This document shows, piece by piece, positions 51,905 to 63,796 of a stretch of 64,000 nt of DNA. Below the pieces are notes generated by a model that did not search any database, was not told where the DNA came from, and was given only the letters and a program-made list of their open reading frames with translations. Source of the DNA: Chiloscyllium plagiosum (taxonomy: Eukaryota); NCBI RefSeq assembly GCF_004010195.1, contig NC_057719.1:74526043-74590042 (forward strand), in the 5' to 3' direction. Every line of letters starts with the position of its first letter. Position 1 is the stretch's first letter. The position numbers were made by a program, and so were the translations under genes.

Positions 51905-52185
51905 CCCAGAAAATGATCTGGGAACATGGGTTCAAATCTCACCATGACAGTTAGTAAGTTAAGAAATACGAAACTTGAAGTTAATTTTTGTGGCCATGAG
52001 GCTGTCTTTTAAACAAAAGTAACTGGTCTGTTAAAATCATTACGGGAAGGAAATCTGCCTTCCCCAGTCTGGCCTAGCAATAACTGAGGGTCTGGATAGC
52101 AACATGGTTGATGAACTACAATATTTAATAGGGATTAGAAGTGGGCATTAAATGCCAGCCTTGCCAATGTTCGCATTTGTTAAGA
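51905..52185 (+). mobile_element. Deu-domain SINE (SacSINE1-like) in SRSF5 intron 7
   Basis: GGGTTCAAATC B box; GGGAAGGAAATCTGCC...TCTGGCCTA core; L2-like tail. Confidence 0.55.
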
Positions 52186-52331
52186 GAAAAAAGCTTAAAA
52201 CTGCTCTTTGAAATGTTTCTATAAAACAATGAAGTAAACTAAGAAACCCAGTTACAATATATTTTTAGTTCATCTGCGTAAAAAATAATCAACCGCTATA
52301 GAAGACCTGCACTACAACTCAGGGTAATTAC

Positions 52332-52442
52332 CTGCGCTGTTTACGTTCTTCAACCACCCTGATCTTTCTTCCATTGAGCTCTGTGCCAGACAGCTTATCA
52401 AGAGCATTCTTCACATCACTATAGGAAGCAAATTCAACAATT
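52332..52442 (-). CDS. SRSF5: SRSF5 exon 7 (111 nt)
   Basis: (G)[39 protein letters not shown]| and |GTAATT. Confidence 0.96.
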
Positions 52443-52874
52443 CTAGAAAGAAAAGCATAACAATTTTAATGACCTTGGAACCAAAGATCGGGTTTGCGTT
52501 CTTAGCACAAAGCTGATGCTAAATTACAAGTGTTGTGCAGAATGTATGGAGCAAAAGAAAATGTATACTTGTGAATATGTTAAGATTTCTTTACAAATGT
52601 TGCCAAACCTTGCTAATCAGTTAATTATGTCATAATCATTTAGCTAAATAGCTTAGCACAACTGGATTGTGAAGTACACTTCAGTGAATGTGGAACTTAA
52701 AAGCGTGTACATTATAGAGCTGAACGTGATCTCAGTAATTGATCTGCATTCACAGTCAAACCAGTTTCATTAATAAATTAAAATGGCTGCATAGATGCAT
52801 TAGCAGAGATCTTGTAACACTTGTTATCCGCAGCCATCAACAGGTTTCAAGGAATAAAATCTCTTGAAACTTAC

Positions 52875-52948
52875 CCTTCATTCATTTTGTGTCTATGCGC
52901 ATCCGCAAAGGTAACTTCTCCAGCCTGCCTCATAAAATCTTTGAGATC
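52875..52948 (-). CDS. SRSF5: SRSF5 exon 6 (74 nt)
   Basis: DLKDFMRQAGEVTFADAHRHKMNE; TAG| and |GTAAGT. Confidence 0.97.
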
Positions 52949-53080
52949 CTATACAAGATCAGATCAGTGAGGTAAATCAAAGCATTTTGCATCTTTCTCT
53001 ATCAATTTCCAATGAACATCACTGGAAAAGCAAGCAAAAAAAAAAAAAGATGAATCTAATTTCATCAAAATTTATATTAC

Positions 53081-53610
53081 CTTCCTGTACAATTCCCTAG
53101 GCTATTCAACCAGCCAAATGTAACAAGTGTTCGCAGAGGCACCACCACGACTGAAGACCAGATGGTTCTCTTCACCACCCGCTTGACTGACACTACCCAT
53201 TCGAAGGGAGCCTTCCCGGACATCACCCTCCCTTAAAGGCAGACTCGGGCAATGCCATAGGAACAGGGATTGCTACTCTTGCGCCGTGACCAAGGACTTC
53301 TCGCCTCACTCCAATCGAGCTTCCAAACAACCCTACCAGCGAATTTCTCCCAATCAAGGACCTCGCATTTTACAGCAGGCTCTCAGAACTCTCCACTTTA
53401 GGACACCTTGTTATCATTTTCAGGGATGCAGCAAGGTAAATGGCACTAAACCCAGTGCCCAGTGTTGGTCAGACCACCACAACACAGATTTAGATCATCA
53501 ATTGACAAAGGTAGGAGCAGATTGGCATTTCAACTAGGCCCAAGAGACCAAGGCACAGCGAATAGGAAAACCAACGGCACTCCACGTCACAAGGCCAACG
53601 ACACGAGAGG
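53081..53610 (-). other. SRSF5: Candidate SRSF5 poison exon / alternative 3' splice-site segment in intron 5
   Basis: CCTTTATTTACCAG| acceptor at 53611; in-frame TGA at 53589-53587 (PLVSLAL*); candidate donor AAG|GTAATA at 53080. Confidence 0.7.
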
Positions 53611-54982
53611 CTGGTAAATAAAGGTTTTAACACTTGGTTAAATTTCAAAAACAAACTGAATGAACAGACATTTTAGTTTCAAGGTTAGTAGGCAATCAAG
53701 GTTTTTTTTATAGTTAATGTTAACTACTCGAATTAAAGGAGTGGTACTTAATTTTGGATGACAAATCAAAATTAAAGCCATTGATTCAGAGGATAAGCTT
53801 GTTTTCAAATGTCCCCCCTCCCCCCCCCCCCCCCCTCGTCAAAGGTGCTAATTTCTACTGGAGTACAATTAATTTGAGCTAATTCTTACTGAAGTACAGT
53901 TTGTTTGCTGGTAGTTCCTTGCCAACCACTTCATGTGGAAGCCTGGACAGTTGCCAGCAAGGAATTCATTCAGGGGGCAAAGTTGCAGGGGAGAGATGGA
54001 GATGGTAGGGTGGCAGGCAAAGCCAAGCCCTATCACATTCTCATACATGTATTCAAACACTTTCCAGCAAGAACTACTGGACAAGGATCTCTGGCTTTTT
54101 TTTTCCTCCACTCTCTAACACTATTCCTTGTATGCTGTTGCAGTCATACAACTTAACAAAAGACCAGGTATCTCAGTCTGTGCTGCTCAAAACCACACGT
54201 CAACTTTCGTCCATAACGAGTCACTTGGGCATTCATAGTCATTGTTAAATACATTTAAGAAAAGAAAGCCAGGTTGATACATGGGACTAACAAATCCCAA
54301 AAAATACGACAGGACTCTAAACAAATGGAAAAGTCTACTTTACCCTAAGCCCAGACATTGACATTAAGTATAGCACCTTTGACTGCAGTTTTTCGATTAT
54401 GTAAAGACAGAGAAATGGCAAATATTAATCATCTGATAACACTTTATTAAGAGCCATTTTCTCAAAAAAGGCCATGCATTTCAGAAGATAAACAAACTGA
54501 CATTACTGAATTATATGCATTTTTGTTTCAGGCAAATTTGTCAACCCTTAAGATTAAAAATTCCCACAAGTTTATCTGTCAGCAGTTCACATTGTTATAC
54601 AATCCTATCACAATTAGTCGCATCACATATAATGTTTCTACTGCTAGCTAGTTACATTCCTTTTGGAAGGAACTGTTCCAACACAATTAATACCAACTTG
54701 TTGATAACCACTTTTGGTTCTCCTAAATCGTGTTACTGTTTAAACATACCAGACAATTTGTTTGACTGTTTCTTTCTACTCAGGCTGGATTCATTGTTTG
54801 TATTTAACAGTTGTGGCTAGTTTCTCAGGAATGCAGCAGCGATACAGTATTACACCTATGTCTACACCATAAAATGACTCTTAAGTTAACCTTGAAAACT
54901 CGACTTCAAGTGAAACTGATACTGTTTAATTGTATCACTTATTTGTTCTAACAAATTACACGAAAGTAGTTTCATAACATAC

Positions 54983-55052
54983 CTGCCAGCTAACTCTGGA
55001 AGACAAGTTCTCAACAATCACTCTGTTTTCTGTACGAATTGGAGGCCCATTT
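54983..55052 (-). CDS. SRSF5: SRSF5 exon 5 (70 nt)
   Basis: (R)NGPPIRTENRVIVENLSSRVSWQ; CAG| and |GTATGT; SWQ-DLKD pseudo-RRM motif spans the junction. Confidence 0.97.
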
Positions 55053-55162
55053 CTGAAACAAACAATGATTATACTTTACAGAACCACAGGCAAAAAAGAT
55101 ACTTGGTTCTGGAGACAGCAGACCTAGGAAATAGTAAACAGAATAAAGTTTTCTGCATTTCA

Positions 55163-55477
55163 GATTAGATTAGATTCCCTACAGTGTGGAAAGAGGCCTT
55201 TCGACCCAACCAGTCCACACCGACCCTCTGAAGAGTAACCCACCCAGACCCATCTCCCTCCAACTAACGCACCTAACACTATGGGCAATTTAGCATGGCC
55301 AATTCACCTGACCTGCACATCTTTGGAGTGTGGGAGGAAAGCGGAGCACTCGGAGGAAACACATGCAGGCACGGGGAGAATGTCTGCGGGGAGTTGCACA
55401 GTCACCCGAGGCTGGAATCGAACCTGGGACTCTGACGCTGTGAGGCAGCAGTGCTAACTACTGAGTCACCATGCCGC
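55163..55477 (-). mobile_element. tRNA-derived SINE (HE1-like) in SRSF5 intron 4
   Basis: GGCGGCATGGTGACTCAGTAG head, GGTTCGATTCC B box, shared core. Confidence 0.9.
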
Positions 55478-56215
55478 CAGCCATTCTACAGAATTATATT
55501 TTTAAACACGAACGCAGCTCAAAACTTTTTATTTTCAGTTGGTGAATTATGCATAATACTCAGCTGTAAGACTGAAGTTTACCCATGTGGAGTACTGACA
55601 AATCTTTTCCTCCTCATCATAGACACAGGAACTCTGGTTTCAACAAAAAATGTTTGTCATAAATGCAGCATCAAGATGAGTCCATTTGAACAAACAATCC
55701 CAGCCTAGTGTGAGTTTACAGACTGTCTGCCATCAGAATACTCAATGTTAAAACAACACAGCTATCACTATCTTCACCCAACATAGAGTACTCAGTTTCT
55801 AATCAAGTCACTTCAGCATAGGGCAATGATTTTTGATCCTGATTCTGGTAAAGTCAACAGTAGAAAACAACACAACCCAGATCAGTATTTCTAGGAATTA
55901 AGGCCGGGACCTTTCACGTCCATATGGCTGAATACTATGCTGATCCTTGAACGATTGCATGCAATATCTGCACTTTGGTAATGAAGAAAGAAAGAAGTTC
56001 AATATTGCCACCGGATGAAAGATTTAGCATTTACTTTTTTTTGGACAACGATAAATATATTTATGAAAAGGAGATATGCACTAAAGTTTGGTGCATGATT
56101 TCATATAACTAAAATATACTCAACTTGACATGATGTACACATTAAGGGCAACATTTACATTATAACTGTAATATTTTCCAATATTCTCAAACTTAAAAAG
56201 GATCCACGGACTCAC

Positions 56216-56317
56216 CTTCCTCCACTTCGTTGATAACTCTGGCTAAAGCGACCTTGATAACGTCCCCCTCCTCCTCGACCCCCTCGATTGCGTGCTCTGG
56301 CATGCTCAACTGTCACT
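56216..56317 (-). CDS. SRSF5: SRSF5 exon 4 (102 nt, Gly/Arg linker)
   Basis: (R)VTVEHARARNRGGRGGGGRYQGRFSQSYQRSGG; CAG| and |GTGAGT. Confidence 0.96.
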
Positions 56318-56415
56318 CTGCAAGAAAACACTTGTTTATACATCTGAAAACAATGCAGTTACTAAATCAGTCTTCTGGTTTTTGAGGATTGGAGACATAG
56401 GAGTGAAGCAGTTAC

Positions 56416-56486
56416 CTTTCATTGCATAACTCTTTTCCATCCAGTTCATAAACTGCATCTTCAGCATCCCTGTAATCTTCAAACTC
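56416..56486 (-). CDS. SRSF5: SRSF5 exon 3 (71 nt)
   Basis: EFEDYRDAEDAVYELDGKELCNE; TTTTTCAG| and |GTAACT. Confidence 0.97.
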
Positions 56487-56867
56487 CTGAAAAAAAAAAA
56501 TTCACATTCCAGGTTTCCTTGTTCCCAACAGCATGGAAGTAAAACTTTTTACCCTGGTCCAAATATTACTCCAAATTACCAGTTAAGGTCGATTCTAATA
56601 CAAAACAATTCTTGTCTGTGGAAAAGACTAAGAGGTGTGGCTACTCATAAGGAAGTGTCTATACCTCTGGAGGCTTCTCCCTTTGCTTCTCATACAAAAG
56701 AAAGATCTAAGTTTGCACGAAAGAGTGACTCACCAGTAGATCAAAGGTAGCAAAGTTACATTCACCATCCTAAAATCTGTACAGATTTTAAATTAGGTCA
56801 GCAATATTATTGGATTGCAAAGGATTGCAAACACCAGGTTATAGTCCAACAGGTTTAATTGGAAGCA

Positions 56868-56902
56868 CACTAGCTTTCGGAGCTACGCTCCTTCATCAGG
56901 TG
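56868..56902 (-). ncRNA. Minimal type-I hammerhead ribozyme motif in a PLE remnant (56831-56905), sense to SRSF5 intron 2
   Basis: CAC-CUGAUGA-A-GGAGC-GUA-GCUCC-GAAA-GCUA^GUG: full core, 5-bp stem II, 3-bp stem I, palindromic AGCU stem III. Confidence 0.75.
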
Positions 56903-56936
56903 ATTGACTCCGAATCATTCTTAAAAACAAACTTAC

Positions 56937-57059
56937 CACAAATCCAAAGCCATTTTTCAGATCAATTTCCTTAATTCGTCCATATCCTCTGAAGAATCTT
57001 TCCACATTTTTTTCAGTGGCATAAGGGCTCAGTCTTCCAATGAATACTCGAGCACTCAT
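56937..57059 (-). CDS. SRSF5: SRSF5 first coding exon (exon 2; exon starts at 57080)
   Basis: MSARVFIGRLSPYATEKNVERFFRGYGRIKEIDLKNGFGFV; |GTAAGT; the seven exons sum to 771 nt (256 aa) with consistent phases. Confidence 0.96.
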
Positions 57060-57739
57060 TCTTGCTGACCTAGGGTACAACTGACAAACAAAAACAATGA
57101 AATCAAACCTGGAATACCATCTGTCAAGTCAACATTTCTTTTTAAAAGACAGACATTACAAAGTCAAAAACCGAAGATAATGCTCTAAAGCTTAGTCACA
57201 AACAGATTTTTTAAATGTCCTAGAGAAAGCTTTGAATTTAGGGAGTGAGACGTGCCACCTAATACTGAAATCTGGCAACAGTAAAAAGATGCAGTCTCCC
57301 ATTAAAGATAATTGTGAATTGCGATGTCAGCAAGTGGGGCATTTTACTTAAAGTACAAAAGACATAGCCATAATAGATTTTCATCTCAAAGATCGTTCTA
57401 AACACAAAATGAATAGACATGATGAATACAGCAGGACTAGGATAGCTTGGAATAGCTTTAAAACACTTTCTTAAATTGGAAACAACAACATAACATCAAC
57501 CACCTTCCCCCACCATTACTGTATAGAGAGACAAAACAAAAACATGTCACAGATAAGCAGAACTTTTTTTCTGTTTTAAAACCATACAAGGTGTTCAAAC
57601 GATTGCATTTTAACATTAGATTAAATCATTCCAGGGCTGGAAATTCTGGCATGAAAACTCTGGCACTTTAACTAATAACTTATTTTTTTTTAAAAAAATA
57701 TCAATCTTTAAAAGTACCTTATCACTGACCTCGGTTCTT

Positions 57740-58560
57740 TTCGCGTCGCAAGGATTAGAAATGAAACTCCAAAGCAAAAACACGGGATTCCTGGGGAAAC
57801 GCAAAAGCAAAAAGCAACGCAAGTTTGTGACACCCCTCGCAATATCCACACAGAACCTGTGCCTGCAAAGAGGCTGGCTGGTGGGGCGCGGGGTGCACAA
57901 AAATAATTCCACCAAAAAGATAGAGAGAGATAGAGAGAGAGGGGAGTGACTGTGGCTGGTGTTCGGAAACAATGGCCAATGCGGTGCAGTGCGGCTCCAG
58001 GCTCCTGTGCGGCCCTCGAGCGGCCTGACGAGGCCCCGGCGCCGAACAATAACCCGACGACAACAACAACAACAACACCACCCACCACACGACAACCCCC
58101 AAAAAGCAGACCCCCGCTGCTGGTCTCGGTAATCTCGGGGGCATCCGTTCCCCCCTCCCAGACCTCACTTACTATTTGCTACTCTTTACTTACTTACTCA
58201 CTCCTTCACTCGCTGCCTGTGTGTGTCTCTCGCGCGCGATCTCTCTCAGACGACGCAACTTCTGCTTCTTCTCCTTCTCCACCGCCGCCGCCGCAAACCG
58301 CAACCTCGCCTCAAAATGGAGGCCACGCCTGCGCAGCGGGATCGCCTCCCGCCCTCGCTCTGTGCCGTCACTTCCGGGATGCCGCCACGGAGACCGTCAC
58401 CATGGAGACTGCACCCGCGGGGCGGGGGTGGTGAGCATTTGGCCCAACGACAATCCCGGATTGTTTACCCGTCCCCTCCTCTCCTCCTTCGTCCGTCCAT
58501 ATTTTGCCCCCAGCATTTTTCCATCCCGGCTCCAAGTTCGCCTCCTCCTGTCCTTTCTCC
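57740..58560 (-). promoter_or_regulatory. SRSF5: SRSF5 CpG island, promoter and non-coding exon 1 (about 58320 to 58202)
   Basis: CpG-rich versus CpG-depleted flanks; ETS-CRE CCGGAAGTGACG (58377-58366), YY1-like CAAAATGGAG (58312-58321), GC box at 58419-58428; donor cluster 58163-58201. Confidence 0.8.
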
Positions 58561-59479
58561 CCACCCCTTCCCCCTCACTGCCCCCCCCAACTTCATCCAT
58601 CCCCATCCCCTCCTNNNNNNNNNNNNNNNNNNNNNNNNNNNNNNNNNNNNNNNNNNNNNNNNNNNNNNNNNNNNNNNNNNNNNNNNNNNNNNNNNNNNNN
58701 NNNNNNNNNNNNNNNNNNNNNNNNNNNNNNNNNNNNNNNNNNNNNNNNNNNNNNNNNNNNNNNNNNNNNNNNNNNNNNNNNNNNNNNNNNNNNNNNNNNN
58801 NNNNNNNNNNNNNNNNNNNNNNNNNNNNNNNNNNNNNNNNNNNNNNNNNNNNNNNNNNNNNNNNNNNNNNNNNNNNNNNNNNNNNNNNNNNNNNNNNNNN
58901 NNNNNNNNNNNNNNNNNNNNNNNNNNNNNNNNNNNNNNNNNNNNNNNNNNNNNNNNNNNNNNNNNNNNNNNNNNNNNNNNNNNNNNNNNNNNNNNNNNNN
59001 NNNNNNNNNNNNNNNNNNNNNNNNNNNNNNNNNNNNNNNNNNNNNNNNNNNNNNNNNNNNNNNNNNNNNNNNNNNNNNNNNNNNNNNNNNNNNNNNNNNN
59101 NNNNNNNNNNNNNNNNNNNNNNNNNNNNNNNNNNNNNNNNNNNNNNNNNNNNNNNNNNNNNNNNNNNNNNNNNNNNNNNNNNNNNNNNNNNNNNNNNNNN
59201 NNNNNNNNNNNNNNNNNNNNNNNNNNNNNNNNNNNNNNNNNNNNNNNNNNNNNNNNNNNNNNNNNNNNNNNNNNNNNNNNNNNNNNNNNNNNNNNNNNNN
59301 NNNNNNNNNNNNNNNNNNNNNNNNNNNNNNNNNNNNNNNNNNNNNCCTTTCTGCTTCCCTCACCTCACCCTTTCCTCTTCCTTCCCCTTCTCTTTTCCTT
59401 CCTTCCCTCCCCCTTCCTTCACTCTCACCTCTTCTTCCCTCTTCAACCCCCACCTTTCCTCCTCTTTCTGTGCTTGTGG

Positions 59480-60030
59480 TTCATACCTCTTAATTCCTTT
59501 ATTATCTATTTCAGATTTAAAATTAACTGATGTAGCATTAACTGCCAATTGTGAAATGGAATTCCATACATCTACCATCCTTTGTGTGCTTCCTAACAGC
59601 CTGGCCCTAATTTTTAGACTATGACTGCTAGTCCTTGAAACCCCAATCAGAAGGAATAGTTTATTAATTTGTAGACTTCAATCAGATCACACCTTAACCT
59701 CCTAAATTCTGCAGAAAACAAGTCTAATTTGTATAACCTCTCTTTACGACTTAATCCCTTAAATCCAGGTATTATTCTGTGCCAATACGTCCTTCCGAAG
59801 GTGTTGTCCTTGGATCAGCTCAAAATACTGCAAGTGGGATCTAACCAGGGTTTTGTATGACTGCAACATAACTTGGGCTCCTGTCCACTAAATATAAAGG
59901 CCCAGAATTCCATTTGGTTTCTTGATTATTTTCTGCATCTGTTTGTGACATTTTAAAGATCTGTGCATCTGAATTCCCAAGCCTCTTTGCACAGCCACTA
60001 TATTGAACTTCATACCATCTAAAAAGTACT
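59480..60030 (-). mobile_element. Decayed CR1 3' fragment
   Basis: VDVWNS...FKSEIDNKGIKRY. Confidence 0.65.
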
Positions 60031-60779
60031 CTGATTTAACACACACTCATTTATGCTCAATGAGTCATTGAAGGCTACAATTGGCCAGAAACTGCCAATC
60101 AAATAAATACTGTAGCAACAAGAGGAGTCTGAGGGTAGAAATTCTGCAGTGCACTTACTCCTCATGCTTGCCCACTATCCACGAACCTGTCAGGAGTGCA
60201 AAGGAGTACTCCCCATTTGCTTGGATAAGTGCAGCTCCAACACTGAAGAAGCTTGACACCATCCAGGACAGAGTAGCCTGCTTGGTTTCAACATCTAATC
60301 TCTCTTTCCCCCCCCCCCCCCAACAGTGACAGCACAGCGTAACATCTCCAAGATCAACTGCAGCAGCTTACTGAGGTTCATCCGACATCACCTTTCAAAC
60401 CTGTGATCTTTACAACCCACAAGAACAAGGTCAATGGATGCACGAGTATATATATTGTCTGTAACTTTTCCTCCAAGCCGCAGGCTATCCTGATTTGGAA
60501 ACAGATCACTGTGCCTTCGCTGTTGCTGTGTCAAAATCCTGGAACACCATTTCTAATATCACTGCGGACTCCATGGACTGCAGCAATTTACCACCGTCAC
60601 ATTTTAAGGTTAATCAAATCTGGTCTGGCCAACGGCATTTTAAACTTTTATTAGAGGTTGAGGTGTGCAGTTCAGTTGAAGGGAAGTCCAAACAAAAAAT
60701 GAAAACGAAACGAGAGAACAGAGCTGCAGGATAGTGAAGAGGTGAACGATAATCAAAGTGAGGGGTAGAAAAAATACAG

Positions 60780-62915
60780 ACAAATGCAGCAAAGATTAGA
60801 ACCAGAGAGAGTAATAATGGTTAAAAAAAAAGTTAAAACTTCAGGCTCTTTACCTGAATGCACACAGCATTTGTAACAGACAAATGAGTTGACAGCACAA
60901 ATAAAAAATGGTAAGACTTGATAAGCTGTTGTAGAAATGTAGTTACAGAGTGACCAAGACTTGGAAATCAATATTTAAGAGTGTTCCACACTTCAGAAGA
61001 ATAAGTAAAAAGGAAAACGAGGTGTGCTAGCTTTGTTACTAAAGAAAGGTTTCAGTGCAATGGTGTATTAGTTTGGGTGGAAATAAGAAATAAGGAATGG
61101 CGAGGGCAAGAAGCTATGCGTAGAAATCATCTATGGGCACTCAAAAAGTTCCCTCAGTGTAGGACAACCTATAAATCAGGAAATAATGGATACATATAAG
61201 AAGGACACTACAATTTTATCATGGGTGATTTAAAGTGCAGATTGAGTAGGGTATTCAGTGAGGCGTGGGTGACATTGAGGAGGTGAGAACACATTTCTAG
61301 CGTCCATCAGGGATTGGTTCTTAGAATTGTATATTGCAGAACTGATCCAGAAACAGGCTATTTTACTGCGTGGGAGAGCAACTCTGGCCTCAAACCAGTG
61401 CTGCCCACTTGAATAAGGACATTAGCAGAGGTATGAAGGAATAGTTGTCTAAATCGGGCTGGGAAAACAGAGCTAGGGTAAAGTTTGTGGATGAGAAGTG
61501 ACAGTTCAGCAGCTATTGCATAAAGCTCAACAAAAATTTATCAGTCAAAAAGAAAGACTCAATGAGAATTGGTGAACCTCCTGTGGTTAACAGACAATCA
61601 AGGAGAGTATTCAGTCAAAAATTAAGGCATATAAATTGGCAAAAACTAGTATTTACTGAAGGATTGGGAAGTTTTAGAAACTAACAATGGAATACTTAAA
61701 AGCTTATGAAGGAGAAATTGATTATCAAATTAAATTGATAAAAAATATAAAAACAAACAGCTAGACTTTCAATGGGTACATAAAAAGGAGTGGAGCTAAA
61801 GTAGGCATGGAACCCTTGGAGGATGCAATTGGGGAATTGATAACAGGGAACGGGGAAATGGCAGATAATTCAAACTGATATTTTGCATCAGCCTTCACAA
61901 TGGATCACAAAGGTAACAGCTAAGTAAGGTGCTAATGGGAAGAAAGGTCTAGTATCAGAGGAACAAAGTATTTGACAAAATAATGCAACTAAAGGCTAAA
62001 AGTCACCAGGACCAGAATCCAAGGGTTTTAAAGTAAGTGACTGCAGAGGTACTGGAGGCATTGGTTATAATATTCCAAAACTGGATTCCAGGAGTGTTTC
62101 AAAGGATTTGAAAATGTGTCTTCGCTGTTCACAAAGGGAAGGAAACAGAAAACCGGAAACTATGAAGGTCAGTTAGTCTAACATCTATAATTGGGATAAT
62201 TGTAGAGTCTATTGTCAAGGAAGTAGTAGTAGGACAATTAGGAAAGTTTGACCCAATCAAATAAGTCATATGGTTTCATGAAAGGGAAATTCTGTTTTAT
62301 AAATTGGGTAACAGGGAAAGCAAATGGAATGTGGACCTTTAAAGGGATTGAGTATAAAACTGGAGAAGTTTTGCTAGAACTATACAAGTCACTAGTCAGA
62401 TCACAGCTGGAACACTATGAACAGTTTTGGGCCCCTTTGGGTAAAGCTATAAAGATATTGGAGGCAGTCCAGTGAATGTTCACTCGGCTGACACCAGGCA
62501 TGGCATATGAGGAGAGGTTAAGTAGATTGGGTCTGTACTTATTGTAATATAGAAGAATGAGGGGTTATCTTAGCGAAGCATAGATGATTCTTAAGGGACT
62601 TGACAAGGTAAATGCAGAAAACCTGTTCTCCATTGTGGGAAAGTCTAGGACCAGAGGGATAATCTGAGAATTAGGGGTTGCACATCTGATGACATAAACG
62701 AGGGGGACTTTATTCTGAGGATTGTCAATCTGTGGAATTCTTTACTGTCGAGGCTGGGTCATTAAGTACATTCAAAGTTGAAGTAGACGGAGCTGCAGGA
62801 TAAGGGAATTACTAAGGGAATTGAAAGATTATGAGAAAAAGTGGAGTTGAGAATTCAGATTATCCACAATCTCAGTGAATGGCAGAACAGCCTTGGTGGG
62901 CTGAATATGACTTCT
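60780..62915 (+). mobile_element. Old, heavily decayed CR1 ORF2
   Basis: CLYLNA-like start, MGDL, YGFMKGKFC, LYKSLVRSQLEHYEQFWAP; CR1-like 3' UTR. Confidence 0.75.
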
Positions 62916-63796
62916 CTTCTGACTGAGGCTAGAGACTGCAAATCTGCTGATAAAATGCTCTGTGGGAGTTGACCCCCAAGCTCTTTGACCATCTTTCTAC
63001 TGCATTTCTGTTTAATAAAAAGAATATAAAGGCATTGTTGAGTAAACCAGAATTACTGTTTGGTAATGTAAAGGCACTTTTCTATTCAACTCTACAACTA
63101 TGGAAAGGGCAGGGACAGTTTACTGCATAAAGCAAGGTGCAGGATAAAATTCAGTTGGGCAAGACATTAACAGACTTTATTGTCCCATTTTGAAATTTGT
63201 GGGAGGACATGCAATTCGTTTGGGAGAGATCACCCCAGTACTTCCATTGAAGGTAGAATAAGCAGTTTGTCTTTGCCAACGTGGAAGCTAACATCTATTC
63301 CTGCTCTCAAAATGACGTGATGGTGAGGCACAGATGCAGTTGTTATTCCAGATATTTACTAGTTGGAATATTACCTTTACTCCCCAGGTGTCATTGACAT
63401 GATTTCATGCATGAGAGACAACAGTTGTACTTCAAAGCTAAATGCTATTTTGCTTCTGTTGCATTTGAAATGTTATTTATATAAATAACAATTGAGTGGT
63501 CTGCCTTATGGGTCTTTGACTACAATACAGTTCATTGCAGGAGGTCATTTTCTGTTTAGGAAGGTGAGCAGACTCAAATTTCATCGAGCATCATGGGTGC
63601 AGGTGCTTACTTGTTTGCCTGCTCAAATTAAATTGTGCAGGGATTTTCAAAGAAAATTTAGTGCTCACTGCTAAAGCCACTCAGTGATTATTTTTCTTTA
63701 CAGATTTGGATGTCTCAGCTTATATCTCCCAGTAGTCTTCCATATTCCCTGATGACTCATTGTGAGCCCACAATAGTAACTTTAACAAACTACATT

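Noticed and set aside
55556..55625. ATGATGA...CTGA on the minus strand of SRSF5 intron 4, C/D snoRNA-like
   Set aside because: Terminal stem mostly G-U pairs, no C'/D' boxes and no recognisable rRNA guide; likely chance. An Rfam/snoscan search would settle it.
57616..58434. Overlapping 126-162 aa ORFs
   Set aside because: Expected stop-poor frames in a GC-rich CpG island; no recognisable domain.
58176..59624. Long Pro/Ser-rich ORFs
   Set aside because: They span the gap 58615-59345 and low-complexity pyrimidine or CpG-island sequence.
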